Part shown: in pieces, positions 1 through 9,290 of the stretch
Layout of the letters: every line of letters starts with the position of its first letter
How positions within the stretch are numbered: position 1 is the stretch's first letter
Source of the DNA: Peptoniphilus harei
GTDB lineage: Bacteria > Bacillota > Clostridia > Tissierellales > Peptoniphilaceae
Reading direction: 5' to 3'
DNA: 64,000 nucleotides
NCBI GenBank assembly: GCA_032560695.1
Contig: JAWGHR010000004.1
Coordinates: 67,490 to 131,489, forward strand
Notes under the pieces: model-generated
What the model was told of the DNA's origin: nothing
What the model saw: only the letters and a program-made list of their open reading frames with translations
The model's database searches: none
Translations under genes and position numbers: made by a program

Positions 1-1
1 G

Positions 2-1372
2 GACCAAGAGCTTCCTGAAGAAATCAAAAATTATTTGGACAAGAAGAAGTTCACTTATAAGTTTAAGGAATCTCTTTACCTTCCCAGCTTTGAAGAAGAA
101 TCAGAAATCTTCATGGGACTTGGCGATGATGAACTTGACCTAGAAGATGTGAGAAATCTTTTCTTTGAACTTGGAAATATTTTAAGAGACAATGAAGAGC
201 ACGAAGTCGAAATTAAAATGCCAGAGCTTTCTCTTTGCAACAAGAAAACTATTATGGCAGCTTATGAAGGACTTCGCCAAGGTGAATATGAATTCACAAA
301 GAAAACTGACGTAAAAGAAAAAAAGGCTGACTTTGAAATAACTGTCAACTACACAGCCTTTAAGGGACCTGAAGCAAAATTAAGAGAGGGACTTGATAAG
401 ATAGAAAACATTATTGATGGAGTCTTCCTTGCAAGAGACCTTGTAAACGAAAGAGCCAATGTAATTTATCCAGAAAGTCTTGCCAATATTACAAAGGAAA
501 AATTAGAAGAAGCTGGCGTTAAGGTTACAGTTTATGAAGAAGATGAAATCGAAAAAATTGGCATGAAGGCCTTTTTAAGAGTTGCGGCTGGTGCAACAAA
601 TCGTCCAAGACTTATTGTAATGGAATACAATAATGCCGACACAGAAAAAGTTGCCCTTGTTGGTAAGGGGCTAACTTACGATTCAGGTGGCTACAACATC
701 AAGTCTCCATCTGGCATGAACTACATGCACTGCGACATGGGTGGAGCTGGTACAGTTATTGGCACAATCTACGCCCTTGCAAAGAACAAGGCAAAGACAA
801 ATGTAGTTGGTGTTGTTGCAGCTTGTGAAAATATGATCTCTGGTCACGCTTACAAGTCTGGTGACGTAATTGACTCCATGAAGGGACTTACAATTGAAGT
901 TGCAAACACAGATGCTGAGGGAAGAATCACTCTTGCCGATGCTGTTCACTATGCCACAAATGACCTTGGAGCAGAAAAAATTATTGACCTTGCAACACTT
1001 ACTGGTGCAGTTACAATTGCCCTTGGAGAAGTTTACACTGGTGCAGTTACAAATAACGAAGACTTTTACAATGAAGTCCTTGAAGCTGGTAAGCTAGCTG
1101 GAGAAAAAATGTGGGCCTTCCCTTACGACGAAGACTACAAGAAACTAAACAGGTCAGAAGTTGCTGATATCAAGAACACATCTGGTAGACAAGCAGGGTC
1201 TGTTACTGCAGGACTTTTCGTTGGCGAATTCGTAAAAGAAAATACACCTTGGGTACACCTAGACATAGCAGCAACTGGATACAGGGATAAGAAATCAGGC
1301 TATCTTCCAAAGAATGCAACTGGTATTCACGTTAAGACTTTAAATAACCTACTAGACCCAACAGATTGCTAA
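2..1372 (+). CDS. pepA: Leucyl aminopeptidase (M17 family), 5'-truncated by the window edge
   Basis: VGKGLTYDSGG, DMGGA and NTDAEGR M17 motifs; the frame is open from base 2. Confidence 0.93.
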   Translation, partial: DQELPEEIKNYLDKKKFTYKFKESLYLPSFEEESEIFMGLGDDELDLEDVRNLFFELGNILRDNEEHEVEIKMPELSLCNKKTIMAAYEGLRQGEYEFTKKTDVKEKKADFEITVNYTAFKGPEAKLREGLDKIENIIDGVFLARDLVNERANVIYPESLANITKEKLEEAGVKVTVYEEDEIEKIGMKAFLRVAAGATNRPRLIVMEYNNADTEKVALVGKGLTYDSGGYNIKSPSGMNYMHCDMGGAGTVIGTIYALAKNKAKTNVVGVVAACENMISGHAYKSGDVIDSMKGLTIEVANTDAEGRITLADAVHYATNDLGAEKIIDLATLTGAVTIALGEVYTGAVTNNEDFYNEVLEAGKLAGEKMWAFPYDEDYKKLNRSEVADIKNTSGRQAGSVTAGLFVGEFVKENTPWVHLDIAATGYRDKKSGYLPKNATGIHVKTLNNLLDPTDC

Positions 1373-1387
1373 TAAATTTTAAACCAC

Positions 1388-1415
1388 AAACCACTGGCTA
1401 AGGCTAGTGGTTTTT
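1388..1415 (+). terminator. Intrinsic terminator of pepA
   Basis: aaaccactggc-taag-gctagtggttt hairpin followed by a T-run. Confidence 0.75.
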
Positions 1416-1545
1416 CTTGTCCTTGTTTTCATTAATTAAGACATAAAAAAACTCTGCCAAATAAATTCTGACAGAGTCCATAAAATTTAATATAGTTTGC
1501 AATAAAAAATCTGCTAGAGATTTCTCTCTAACAGATTTATTTTTT

Positions 1546-3549
1546 TTATAGGAATAGTCCGCCGTATGCAACAAATAGTGGTGCGAAAACAAGGGATACA
1601 ACAGTTATAAGTTTAATTAGAATATTAAGAGAAGGTCCTGATGTATCTTTGAATGGGTCACCAACTGTGTCTCCAGTTACAGCTGCCTTGTGAGCTTCTG
1701 AACCTTTACCACCGTGTGCTCCACCTTCGATGTATTTTTTAGCGTTGTCCCAAGCTCCACCAGCGTTTGACATGAAGATTGCCATTAGTACACCAGTTAC
1801 AAGAGCTCCTGCTTGAAGTCCACCTAGGGCTTCTGTACCAAGTAGTAGACCTACAAGGATTGGAACAATTACAGCGATTAGTCCTGGTATAATCATTTGC
1901 TTAAGAGCAGCACCTGTTGAGATGTCAACACATCTTGCATAGTCAGGAGTTGCCTTACCTTCCATGATTCCAGGAATTTCTTTAAATTGTCTTCTAACTT
2001 CGTCGATCATTTCTGATGCTGCGTTACCTACTGCTGACATAGTAAGTGCAGAGAAGGCAAATGGAAGCATACCACCAACGAATGTTGCAGCAATAACTTC
2101 TGGCTTAGAAATATCAATTCCTGTTAGGCCAGTAGCGTTAATGTAAGAAACGAAAAGTGCAAGTGCAGTAAGTGCTGCTGATCCAATTGCAAATCCCTTT
2201 CCTATAGCTGCTGTTGTATTACCAACAGAGTCAAGTGAGTCTGTGATATCACGAACGTCTTCTGGTAGTTCACACATTTCTGCAATACCACCAGCGTTGT
2301 CTGCGATTGGTCCATAAGCGTCTACGGCAATTGTCATACCAGTTGTTGAAAGCATACCAACAGCTGCAAGAGAAATTCCGTAAAGTCCTACGATTGGATC
2401 AGCGTTTCCGCCAGCTCCAAGGTAAGCTGCAATAATACCAATAGCAATAACAATGATAGGTCCAACTGTTGACATCATACCAACAGAAAGTCCAGCAATA
2501 ATATTTGTTGAAGAACCAGTTTCTGATTCTGCCCCAATTCTCTTAACTGGTGCATAATCTTCAGCTGTGTAATATTCTGTGAATTTAGAAATTATTAGAC
2601 CAACTGCAATACCAATGATTACTGGTGCAAAAGGTGAAAAACTTCCAAAAATGTAGTTTGATAAAAGTGCTGAAGCGATCATTGTAACACCAGCTGCTAC
2701 ATATTCACCTGCGTTAAGAGCTTTTTGTGGATTCTTGTCTCCCTTTACAAAGAAAGCAGCTACAATTGATGCAAGAATACCAACTGTTGCAACAAGAACA
2801 CCAAATTTAACACCTTCTTCTCCATAAGCTACAACTCCAAGAGTAATAACTGAAAGAAGTGCTCCAACGTAAGATTCAAATAAGTCAGCTCCCATTCCAG
2901 CAACGTCCCCAACGTTATCTCCTACGTTATCAGCGATAACTGCAGGGTTTCTTGGGTCGTCTTCTGGGATTCCAGCTTCAACTTTACCTACAAGGTCAGC
3001 TCCAACGTCTGCAGCCTTAGTGTAGATACCGCCACCAACTCTTGCGAAAAGTGCAATAGATGATGCTCCAAGTGAAAATCCTGTAATAATTTCAGTTTGT
3101 CCACCTGTTAGGAAGTATGCGCAAGTAATACCAATGATTCCTAGTCCAACAACGCACATTCCCATTACAACTCCACCTGAAAAGGCAACGTCAAGGGCTT
3201 TACCTAGGCCACCCTTCCATGCTGCGTTTGTTGTCCTAACGTTTGCTTTTGTAGCAACCTTCATACCAACATAACCAGCAGCTACTGAAAAGATAGCTCC
3301 TACTACGAAACAAATAGCAGTTGGGATTGATTTAAGTCCTACTGCCAAGATAATTGCAAGTACAATGACAAATACAACAAGAGCCTTATATTCTCTTGTT
3401 AAAAATGCCATAGCTCCTTCTGAAATGTAAGAAGAAATTTCTTTCATTCTTTCATTTCCGGCATCTTGCTTTGACACGAAGCTTGCCTTGTAGGCAGCAA
3501 ATAATAGTGCCAAAACGCCGACGATAGGAGCTAGATATAACATATTCAT
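1546..3549 (-). CDS. hppA: Membrane pyrophosphatase, K+-dependent type, probably Na+-translocating
   Basis: [42 protein letters not shown] (Ala marks the K+-dependent type), [10 protein letters not shown]. Confidence 0.95.
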   Translation of the reverse strand: MNMLYLAPIVGVLALLFAAYKASFVSKQDAGNERMKEISSYISEGAMAFLTREYKALVVFVIVLAIILAVGLKSIPTAICFVVGAIFSVAAGYVGMKVATKANVRTTNAAWKGGLGKALDVAFSGGVVMGMCVVGLGIIGITCAYFLTGGQTEIITGFSLGASSIALFARVGGGIYTKAADVGADLVGKVEAGIPEDDPRNPAVIADNVGDNVGDVAGMGADLFESYVGALLSVITLGVVAYGEEGVKFGVLVATVGILASIVAAFFVKGDKNPQKALNAGEYVAAGVTMIASALLSNYIFGSFSPFAPVIIGIAVGLIISKFTEYYTAEDYAPVKRIGAESETGSSTNIIAGLSVGMMSTVGPIIVIAIGIIAAYLGAGGNADPIVGLYGISLAAVGMLSTTGMTIAVDAYGPIADNAGGIAEMCELPEDVRDITDSLDSVGNTTAAIGKGFAIGSAALTALALFVSYINATGLTGIDISKPEVIAATFVGGMLPFAFSALTMSAVGNAASEMIDEVRRQFKEIPGIMEGKATPDYARCVDISTGAALKQMIIPGLIAVIVPILVGLLLGTEALGGLQAGALVTGVLMAIFMSNAGGAWDNAKKYIEGGAHGGKGSEAHKAAVTGDTVGDPFKDTSGPSLNILIKLITVVSLVFAPLFVAYGGLFL

Positions 3550-3585
3550 TCTAATCCTCCTTAAATTTTAATTACAACTTACTTA

Positions 3586-3651
3586 TTAAAAACATATTAA
3601 TAAAAATAAGATTGCAATAACGACCAATATTGGAAGTATAAAAAATATCAT
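3586..3651 (-). CDS. Putative 21-aa hydrophobic small protein MIFFILPILVVIAILFLLICF
   Basis: AGGGGAG RBS 8 nt before ATG, tandem TAA TAA stops, single-TM composition; absent from the ORF track. Confidence 0.55.
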   Translation of the reverse strand: MIFFILPILVVIAILFLLICF

Positions 3652-3675
3652 TTTTATTTCTCCCCTAAATTTTAA

Positions 3676-3900
3676 TTAAATTGCAGCTAAAATAATAAGT
3701 GCAAGTGCAAAAACGATGCTTGAAACAGTAACGATTCTATTTTGGATATCCTTTTTACTAGAACCCTTGTGAGATCCCCACATGCTAGTTTCTTCGCCTT
3801 GAAGAGTTCCTAGACCAGCTTGTTCTGATTCCATTTGTGCAACTACACTTATTACAATTATGCTCGCAATAATAATTATAATAGATAATAAAGTTTGCAA
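3676..3900 (-). CDS. secG: Preprotein translocase subunit SecG
   Basis: 74 aa, two TM segments flanking a Q..EQAGLG..G loop; GGGAGG RBS and TTG start. Confidence 0.85.
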   Translation of the reverse strand: MQTLLSIIIIIASIIVISVVAQMESEQAGLGTLQGEETSMWGSHKGSSKKDIQNRIVTVSSIVFALALIILAAI

Positions 3901-3934
3901 ACTTATACCTCCCTTAAATTTCTATAACATATAA

Positions 3935-3963
3935 ATTCTAACACAGCAAGGCTCGCTAAGCAA
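3935..3963 (-). promoter_or_regulatory. SigA-type promoter for secG-sORF-hppA
   Basis: TTGCTT-17 bp-TAGAAT with TG extension. Confidence 0.6.
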
Positions 3964-3990
3964 CGAATTTATACGATAATTTGGCATTTT

Positions 3991-4581
3991 TTAACAAGAT
4001 GTTTCCTTTTTTAGAGCTTCTTCGATTAAGTCCTCCCTATCTTGCATTGCAAGAAGAGTTTTTTCTATTAGTTCATCAAGTTCCCAGCCAAGCTTTTCTG
4101 CTCCTCTTTTTATCACATCTCGAGAGCAACCTTCTGCAAACTTCTTGTCCTTAAACTTTTTCTTTACACTCTTTAGGTTCATGTCCTTGGTGCTCTTTGA
4201 TGGCCTCATAAGAGATGCTGCATAAATTAATCCTGTCAACTCATCACTTGCAAAGAGGACCTTCTCCATGAAAAGCTCTGGTTCAACTTCAGTACATATT
4301 CCTGACCCGTGAGCCATGATTGCATGGATGAGTTCATCACTTCCACCAGCGCCCTTTAAAATCTCTGGCGTATTTTTTAAATGTTCTTCAGGATATCTTT
4401 CGTAGTCCACGTCGTGAAGAAGTCCTGCCATCTTCCAAAAGTCTACATTGTCCTTGTCGTACTCTTCTGCAAAGTATCCCATAACATTTTCAAGAGTCAA
4501 GGCATGTCTTATGTGAAATTCTTCTTTGTTGTATTCCTTTAATAATTTTAATGCATCTTCTCTACTTATTCCAGTCTTCAT
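3991..4581 (-). CDS. HD-domain hydrolase
   Basis: H...GLLHDVDYE...H...DELTG pattern. Confidence 0.85.
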   Translation of the reverse strand: MKTGISREDALKLLKEYNKEEFHIRHALTLENVMGYFAEEYDKDNVDFWKMAGLLHDVDYERYPEEHLKNTPEILKGAGGSDELIHAIMAHGSGICTEVEPELFMEKVLFASDELTGLIYAASLMRPSKSTKDMNLKSVKKKFKDKKFAEGCSRDVIKRGAEKLGWELDELIEKTLLAMQDREDLIEEALKKETSC

Positions 4582-4687
4582 AGTCCCACTTCCTTTTTCC
4601 TAATTCTATCACAATAATTTTTGAATTTCACTTTTATCTACTTATGTTATAATGAAGATAAGAATGCAATGATCAATGGAGGTTTTT

Positions 4688-5707
4688 ATGAAAAAAAATG
4701 TTGGCATAATGGGCTTTGGTAGAATTGGTAGAGACGCTCTAAGAATCTGGGCCCTAAGAGACGATGTTAATTTTGAAGTTACTCACGTAGCTGTAAGAAA
4801 TTTAGACAAAACTTTAAAAGAAAGAACTCATCTATTTAAGTACGACTCAATCTATAGAAAGTTCCCTGGTGAAATTGAATTCACTGACGACGGAATGATT
4901 ATCAATGGAAAGAAAGTTACTTTCGTTGAATCAAAAACTCCTGACAAGATGAACTGGAAGGACCTTGGTGTCGATGTCGTTATTGATTCATCTGGTGCCT
5001 TCAAAGACGAAGAACAAGCAAGAGGTCACCTTGAAAGTGGTGCAAAGAAAGTTGTCTTAACTTCTCCAGGCAAGGGAAACATGCTTACAGTTGTTATGGG
5101 AGTTAACGACGACAAGTACGACCCAGAAAAGGACGACATTATCTCTAACGCGTCTTGTACAACAAACTGTCTTGCTCCAGTAACTAAGGTTATCTTAGAA
5201 AACTTTGGAATCAAGAAGGGACTTATGTCCACTGTTCACGCTTACACTAACGACCAAAACATCCACGACGGTGTTCACAAGAAGGACATGAGACGTGCAA
5301 GAATGGGCGCAGAAAATATAATTCCAACTTCAACTGGTGCAGCAAAAGCTGTTGGAAAAGTTATTCCAGAAGTTGATGGAATCTTAACTGGCTTTGCATT
5401 AAGAGTTCCTGTTCCAACTGGATCACTAGTTGACGTTACTTTTGAACTTGAAAAAGAAGCTACTGTTGAAGAAATCAACGCAGCTATCAAGAAGGCTTCT
5501 GAAAATGAATTAAAGGGAATCCTTGCTTACTCTGAAGACGAAATAGTTTCTTCTGATATTATTGGCGACACTCACTCATCTATTTTCGATTCACTTCTTA
5601 CAACTGTTAACGGCAAAATGGTTAAACTTATTTCTTGGTACGACAACGAATGGGGTTACACAGAAAGAGTTATTGACCTAACAGAAAAAATTGTAGAATC
5701 TCTATAA
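4688..5707 (+). CDS. gap: Type I glyceraldehyde-3-phosphate dehydrogenase
   Basis: GFGRIGR, SNASCTTNCLAP, WYDNEWGY; start placed at the ATG after GGAGG. Confidence 0.97.
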   Translation: MKKNVGIMGFGRIGRDALRIWALRDDVNFEVTHVAVRNLDKTLKERTHLFKYDSIYRKFPGEIEFTDDGMIINGKKVTFVESKTPDKMNWKDLGVDVVIDSSGAFKDEEQARGHLESGAKKVVLTSPGKGNMLTVVMGVNDDKYDPEKDDIISNASCTTNCLAPVTKVILENFGIKKGLMSTVHAYTNDQNIHDGVHKKDMRRARMGAENIIPTSTGAAKAVGKVIPEVDGILTGFALRVPVPTGSLVDVTFELEKEATVEEINAAIKKASENELKGILAYSEDEIVSSDIIGDTHSSIFDSLLTTVNGKMVKLISWYDNEWGYTERVIDLTEKIVESL

Positions 5708-5720
5708 TTAAATTTATTAC

Positions 5721-5746
5721 AAGGCTTGCACAGGCAAGCCTTTTTT
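5721..5746 (+). terminator. Intrinsic terminator of gap
   Basis: aaggcttgc-acag-gcaagcctt followed by T-run. Confidence 0.8.
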
Positions 5747-5827
5747 ATTTGCCTAAGATTTTCTTATGGGTTATCATTATTTTATGAAGTTTAAAAAATT
5801 TTTGATTATTTATATAAGGAGGACTCA

Positions 5828-6685
5828 ATGATTGATAAATATAAATTAACTGGCAAGAAGATAAAAATAGAAGACCTGGAAGAAAAAATTGTAAGCGAGG
5901 AAAAGGACGTCGACATAAAAAAAGAAGTCTACGAAGAACTTGTCCCAAGATTAAGAGGCCTTCACGAAAAACTTTTTGCAGAATCAAAACAGGGAATCCT
6001 TGTGGTCCTCCAAGCAATCGACGCTGCAGGTAAGGACGAGATAATAAAATATATTTTTTCAAATCTTGAGCCTCAAGGTCTAAAGAACACTTCCTTTGGC
6101 AAGCCAACTGACGAAGAAAATTCCCACGACTATCTGTGGAGAATGGCTAAGGGCCTCCCAAAAAGGGGCGAAGTTGCAATCCTAAACCGTTCTTACTACG
6201 AAGATATTATTTCGCCAAAAATTTATGACAGCCTAGGTCATCTTCCAGAGGAAATAAAAAATGATAATAATCTTTGGGAAAAGAGATACAAACACATAAA
6301 CAACTTTGAAGAATACCTAGTTGAAAATGGATTTAAAGTTGTAAAGTTTTTCTTCAATGTTTCCAAAGACGAGCAGAGAAAGAGACTTATCGAGAGAATC
6401 GAAGACCCAAAACAAAATTCTGAGTTTTCCTTCTCTGACTTAGATGACAGGGACAATTGGGACAAGTACCAAGTTGCCTTTGAAGAAATGCTAAACAACA
6501 CTTCAACAGAAATGGCCCCATGGTATGTCCTTCCAGCCGACAATCCTTGGCTGGCAAGAAAGATTGCAACTCTTGCCCTTATAGAAACAATGGAAGAAAT
6601 CAATCCAAAGTATCCGACTTTCACAGGCGATGATAAGAAAAAGGCAGAAGAAATTGCTGAAAAGTTAAGGAAGAAAGAAATTTAA
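5828..6685 (+). CDS. ppk2: Polyphosphate kinase 2 family protein (copy 1)
   Basis: QAIDAAGKD Walker A, HDYLWR, NRSYYED, APWYVLPAD. Confidence 0.9.
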   Translation: MIDKYKLTGKKIKIEDLEEKIVSEEKDVDIKKEVYEELVPRLRGLHEKLFAESKQGILVVLQAIDAAGKDEIIKYIFSNLEPQGLKNTSFGKPTDEENSHDYLWRMAKGLPKRGEVAILNRSYYEDIISPKIYDSLGHLPEEIKNDNNLWEKRYKHINNFEEYLVENGFKVVKFFFNVSKDEQRKRLIERIEDPKQNSEFSFSDLDDRDNWDKYQVAFEEMLNNTSTEMAPWYVLPADNPWLARKIATLALIETMEEINPKYPTFTGDDKKKAEEIAEKLRKKEI

Positions 6686-6743
6686 TTTTTATCCGTAGTT
6701 GAAATTATAAAATTTAAAAGTTCAAAGTATAATAGAAAAAATT

Positions 6744-6774
6744 AAGACCAAGGTGTGAACCTTGGTCCTTTTTT
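6744..6774. terminator. Hairpin terminator between convergent ppk2 and metA
   Basis: gaccaagg-tgtgaa-ccttggtc with flanking A and T runs. Confidence 0.7.
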
Positions 6775-8569
6775 AATCCTTTATAATTGTCCCATGATTG
6801 TCTGGGTCATTGGTGTTTAATATTTTTATAGTTATATTTTTCTTTGCAACGGGGCTTATAGCATCTTCTTGATAAACTTGGGCTCCCTCGCCAATTATTT
6901 CCTTGAGTTCTGTGTAGGAAAGTTTGTCAATTGTCTTGGCATCAGGATCACTATTAGGGTCAGATGTCATAATACCATTTACGTCAGTCCAGTTTTCGTA
7001 AACCTTGGAGTCAAGAGCATAGGCAATTAGGCTGCCTGTGTAGTCGCTGCCACCCCTAGTGAAGGTCACAATATTTCCCTCCTTGTCGCTGCCATAGAAG
7101 CCTGGCACAACCGCCTTTTTATTTTCTCCAATGTGACTTTGGATTGCCCTCTTGGATTTTTCTATATCAACTTGTCCCCTCTCATCAAAAATTATTAGGT
7201 CCTTGGCATCAATAAAATCGTAGTTCAAATATTTTGCAAGAAGCTTGGCATTTAGGTATTCTCCCCTTGAAACAATAAAGTCCTTGTCCCTAGAATCTTT
7301 TATCTCGTCAAATACAAATTTTAACTCATCATCCCAAAATTCTTCAAGTCCTAGGTCTTCTGCTATGGACAAGAACCTGTTTTTAATTTTTTCAACTTGC
7401 TTGTCACGTGTTAAGCTTTGAACTTCCAACTCTTCTTCAAGGGACTTGATAATTTCCCTAACTTCTTCAATCCTCAAGTTTTTGTCAGAAAGAGAAATCA
7501 ATTCATCAGTAATCTTTGTATCCTTTTTAAATCTTCTTCCCGGTGCAGAAACCACAATTACGTCTCTGTCCTCCTTGGAGAAGATAATTTTCTTCACCTT
7601 GGCAAATTGTCCTGCATCTTTTAGGGAGCTGCCACCAAATTTTGAAACTGACTTGCCTTCGATGCTGTCAATGGCAAAGGGAGTTTCTTGGTAGACACAG
7701 TAGTTGAGCCAGTTGGAGAAGAAGAGATTGCCCGCAGACCTCCACCTAATTTTTATGTCTTTCTTAGGATCATTGTCTTCATAATAATTTATTGGTGGGC
7801 TAATCTTTTTGCCTTGAGAAAGGTCCCTAATGTACTCATTGTGAAGGGTGTCCTTGTCGTATTCCCAATGGCCAAAGTTAAAGACAAACCTGTTGTCCTT
7901 AGTTGTCACAAGGGAAACTCCAGTGTCAGGTCTTGCCGCAAGGACTTCCAAGTCAGAAAATTCTTCAAAGTCGTCAATGTCAACATAGGTATGCCTTGAT
8001 GTCGGAACTAAGAAGCTATCATCAAAACCCTTTACAATTTTATTTTCTTTTAGCTTGTCAAATTCAAAGACTCCAAAAATTTTTTCGTCGCTAAGCTTGT
8101 GTTCAATCTTGTAATAGTGATAGAGGGCAGCTTGGGCGGACCAGCAGATAAACATTGTGGAGTAGACATTCTTCTTGGCAAACTCAAAAATCGTCTTTAG
8201 CTCGTCCCAGTATTTTATTTTTTCATAGGCTAGGGTTTCTATTGGCGCTCCAGTTATTATCATGGCGTCATACTTGTTGTTTTTTATGTCATCATAAGTC
8301 TTGTAAAAGGACTTCAACCTCTTGGTGTCAGAGTTATTAGGATTGTAGGACTCCATCCTCACAAGGTCAATGTTAATTTGTAGGGCTGTGTTAGAAAGCA
8401 TCCTCAAGAGTTGTAACTCAGTCTCTTCTTTCTTGGGCATCAAGTTTACAATGGCAATGCTAAGGGGTCTTATGTCCTGCTTAATAGCAGAGGAGTCCCT
8501 CATAGTAAAAATATTTTCTCTTTGTAAAACTTCTTCAACAATTAAATCTCTAGGTATTATTAACGGCAT
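6773..8569 (-). CDS. metA: Homoserine O-acyltransferase (MetA family, probably acetyl-specific) fused to a C-terminal aspartokinase catalytic domain
   Basis: N-terminal QDIRPL..NLMP, ITGAPIE, ICWSAQA, GHWEY; C-terminal KFGGSS, VVSAPG, SRGE, RGGSD, WTDVNG. Confidence 0.88.
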   Translation of the reverse strand: MPLIIPRDLIVEEVLQRENIFTMRDSSAIKQDIRPLSIAIVNLMPKKEETELQLLRMLSNTALQINIDLVRMESYNPNNSDTKRLKSFYKTYDDIKNNKYDAMIITGAPIETLAYEKIKYWDELKTIFEFAKKNVYSTMFICWSAQAALYHYYKIEHKLSDEKIFGVFEFDKLKENKIVKGFDDSFLVPTSRHTYVDIDDFEEFSDLEVLAARPDTGVSLVTTKDNRFVFNFGHWEYDKDTLHNEYIRDLSQGKKISPPINYYEDNDPKKDIKIRWRSAGNLFFSNWLNYCVYQETPFAIDSIEGKSVSKFGGSSLKDAGQFAKVKKIIFSKEDRDVIVVSAPGRRFKKDTKITDELISLSDKNLRIEEVREIIKSLEEELEVQSLTRDKQVEKIKNRFLSIAEDLGLEEFWDDELKFVFDEIKDSRDKDFIVSRGEYLNAKLLAKYLNYDFIDAKDLIIFDERGQVDIEKSKRAIQSHIGENKKAVVPGFYGSDKEGNIVTFTRGGSDYTGSLIAYALDSKVYENWTDVNGIMTSDPNSDPDAKTIDKLSYTELKEIIGEGAQVYQEDAISPVAKKNITIKILNTNDPDNHGTIIKD

Positions 8570-8609
8570 TTCTATTCTCCTCTTTTTTTATTTGTACTTG
8601 AGGAAGGAT

Positions 8610-8860
8610 GACAATAAAAAAAGCTTCCATCCATAAAGGACGAAAGCTATTTCGTGTTACCACCTTAATTCTCTTACAACTCGCGCTGGAAGACTCTTCA
8701 AGTACTATCATACTCTATCGCTATAACGGGCGCTCCCGTGCCTATCTAAATATCGATAGACCCTCAAGAAGGACCATGTTCTCCTAATCTTCTTCTACTT
8801 CTCTCACCAAACGAAGCTCTCTTTAATCAGTCAAAAAGGATACTCTTCCTCTTATTGAGT
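8610..8860 (-). ncRNA. T-box riboswitch with Met (AUG) specifier
   Basis: Minus strand shows AGAGAG and GGTGAGA Stem I motifs, GAAC-ATG specifier (8775-8777), AAGGTGGTAACACG T-box, then terminator and U-run. Confidence 0.9.
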
Positions 8861-8871
8861 TATTTTTTATT

Positions 8872-8900
8872 ATAATAGCATCAAAGATTATTTATGTCAA
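8872..8900 (-). promoter_or_regulatory. SigA promoter of the Met T-box/metA
   Basis: TTGACA-17 bp-TATTAT with TG extension. Confidence 0.8.
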
Positions 8901-8916
8901 TTAGTAAAAATTTGTA

Positions 8917-9240
8917 AGCCTGTAGTTTTTTATTACCTTGTAAGTTTTTGCAATTTTATAACTTATTATGAGTTTATGATCTCCATCAAGTCTCTAATTT
9001 TTTAGAACTTCACAAATTTCTATCACTTAACGTCTTTTTATTAATTTATAAGATCTTTTTACTTTACAAATTATTATGACTTTATAAGTTATTATGACTT
9101 CACAACTTGTTATCACTTCATAAGTTCTTATTACTAAATAAATTGTTATGACTTCACAATTTTTTATGAGCCTAGAGTAATCCACGGCTTTGCAATCTCT
9201 TTAGACTTACTAACTTATCAATACCCTATAAAATCCCACA
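8917..9240. repeat. Degenerate 18-bp tandem array, about 18 units, best conserved at 9061-9168
   Basis: actttacaaattattatg / actttataagttattatg / acttcacaacttgttatc / acttcataagttcttatt / actaaataaattgttatg / acttcacaattttttatg, with the register continuing outward on both sides. Confidence 0.8.
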
Positions 9241-9268
9241 AAAAAAGAGAGGCTCTTGCCTCCCTTTT
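9241..9268 (-). terminator. Terminator of the citDEF operon
   Basis: gaggc-tctt-gcctc hairpin next to an A-run (U-run on minus). Confidence 0.7.
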
Positions 9269-9290
9269 ATGAGTATAGTTAGAATTTATT

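Noticed and set aside
1440..1545. Two extra hairpins downstream of hppA as a structured ncRNA
   Set aside because: Both fit ordinary minus-strand intrinsic terminators with U-runs
9143..9159. TTGTTATGACTTCACAA as a Rex operator
   Set aside because: The arms resemble Rex sites but the spacing is 17 bp rather than the canonical 18 bp
9027..9185. Roughly 52-codon minus-strand ORF through the array (GTG...IKNCEVITIYLVIRTYEV...)
   Set aside because: No RBS, and flanking units contain in-frame stops; probably a by-product of the 18-bp period
8917..9240. 18-bp array as a CRISPR array
   Set aside because: Units are contiguous and degenerate with no unique spacers, and there are no cas genes in the window
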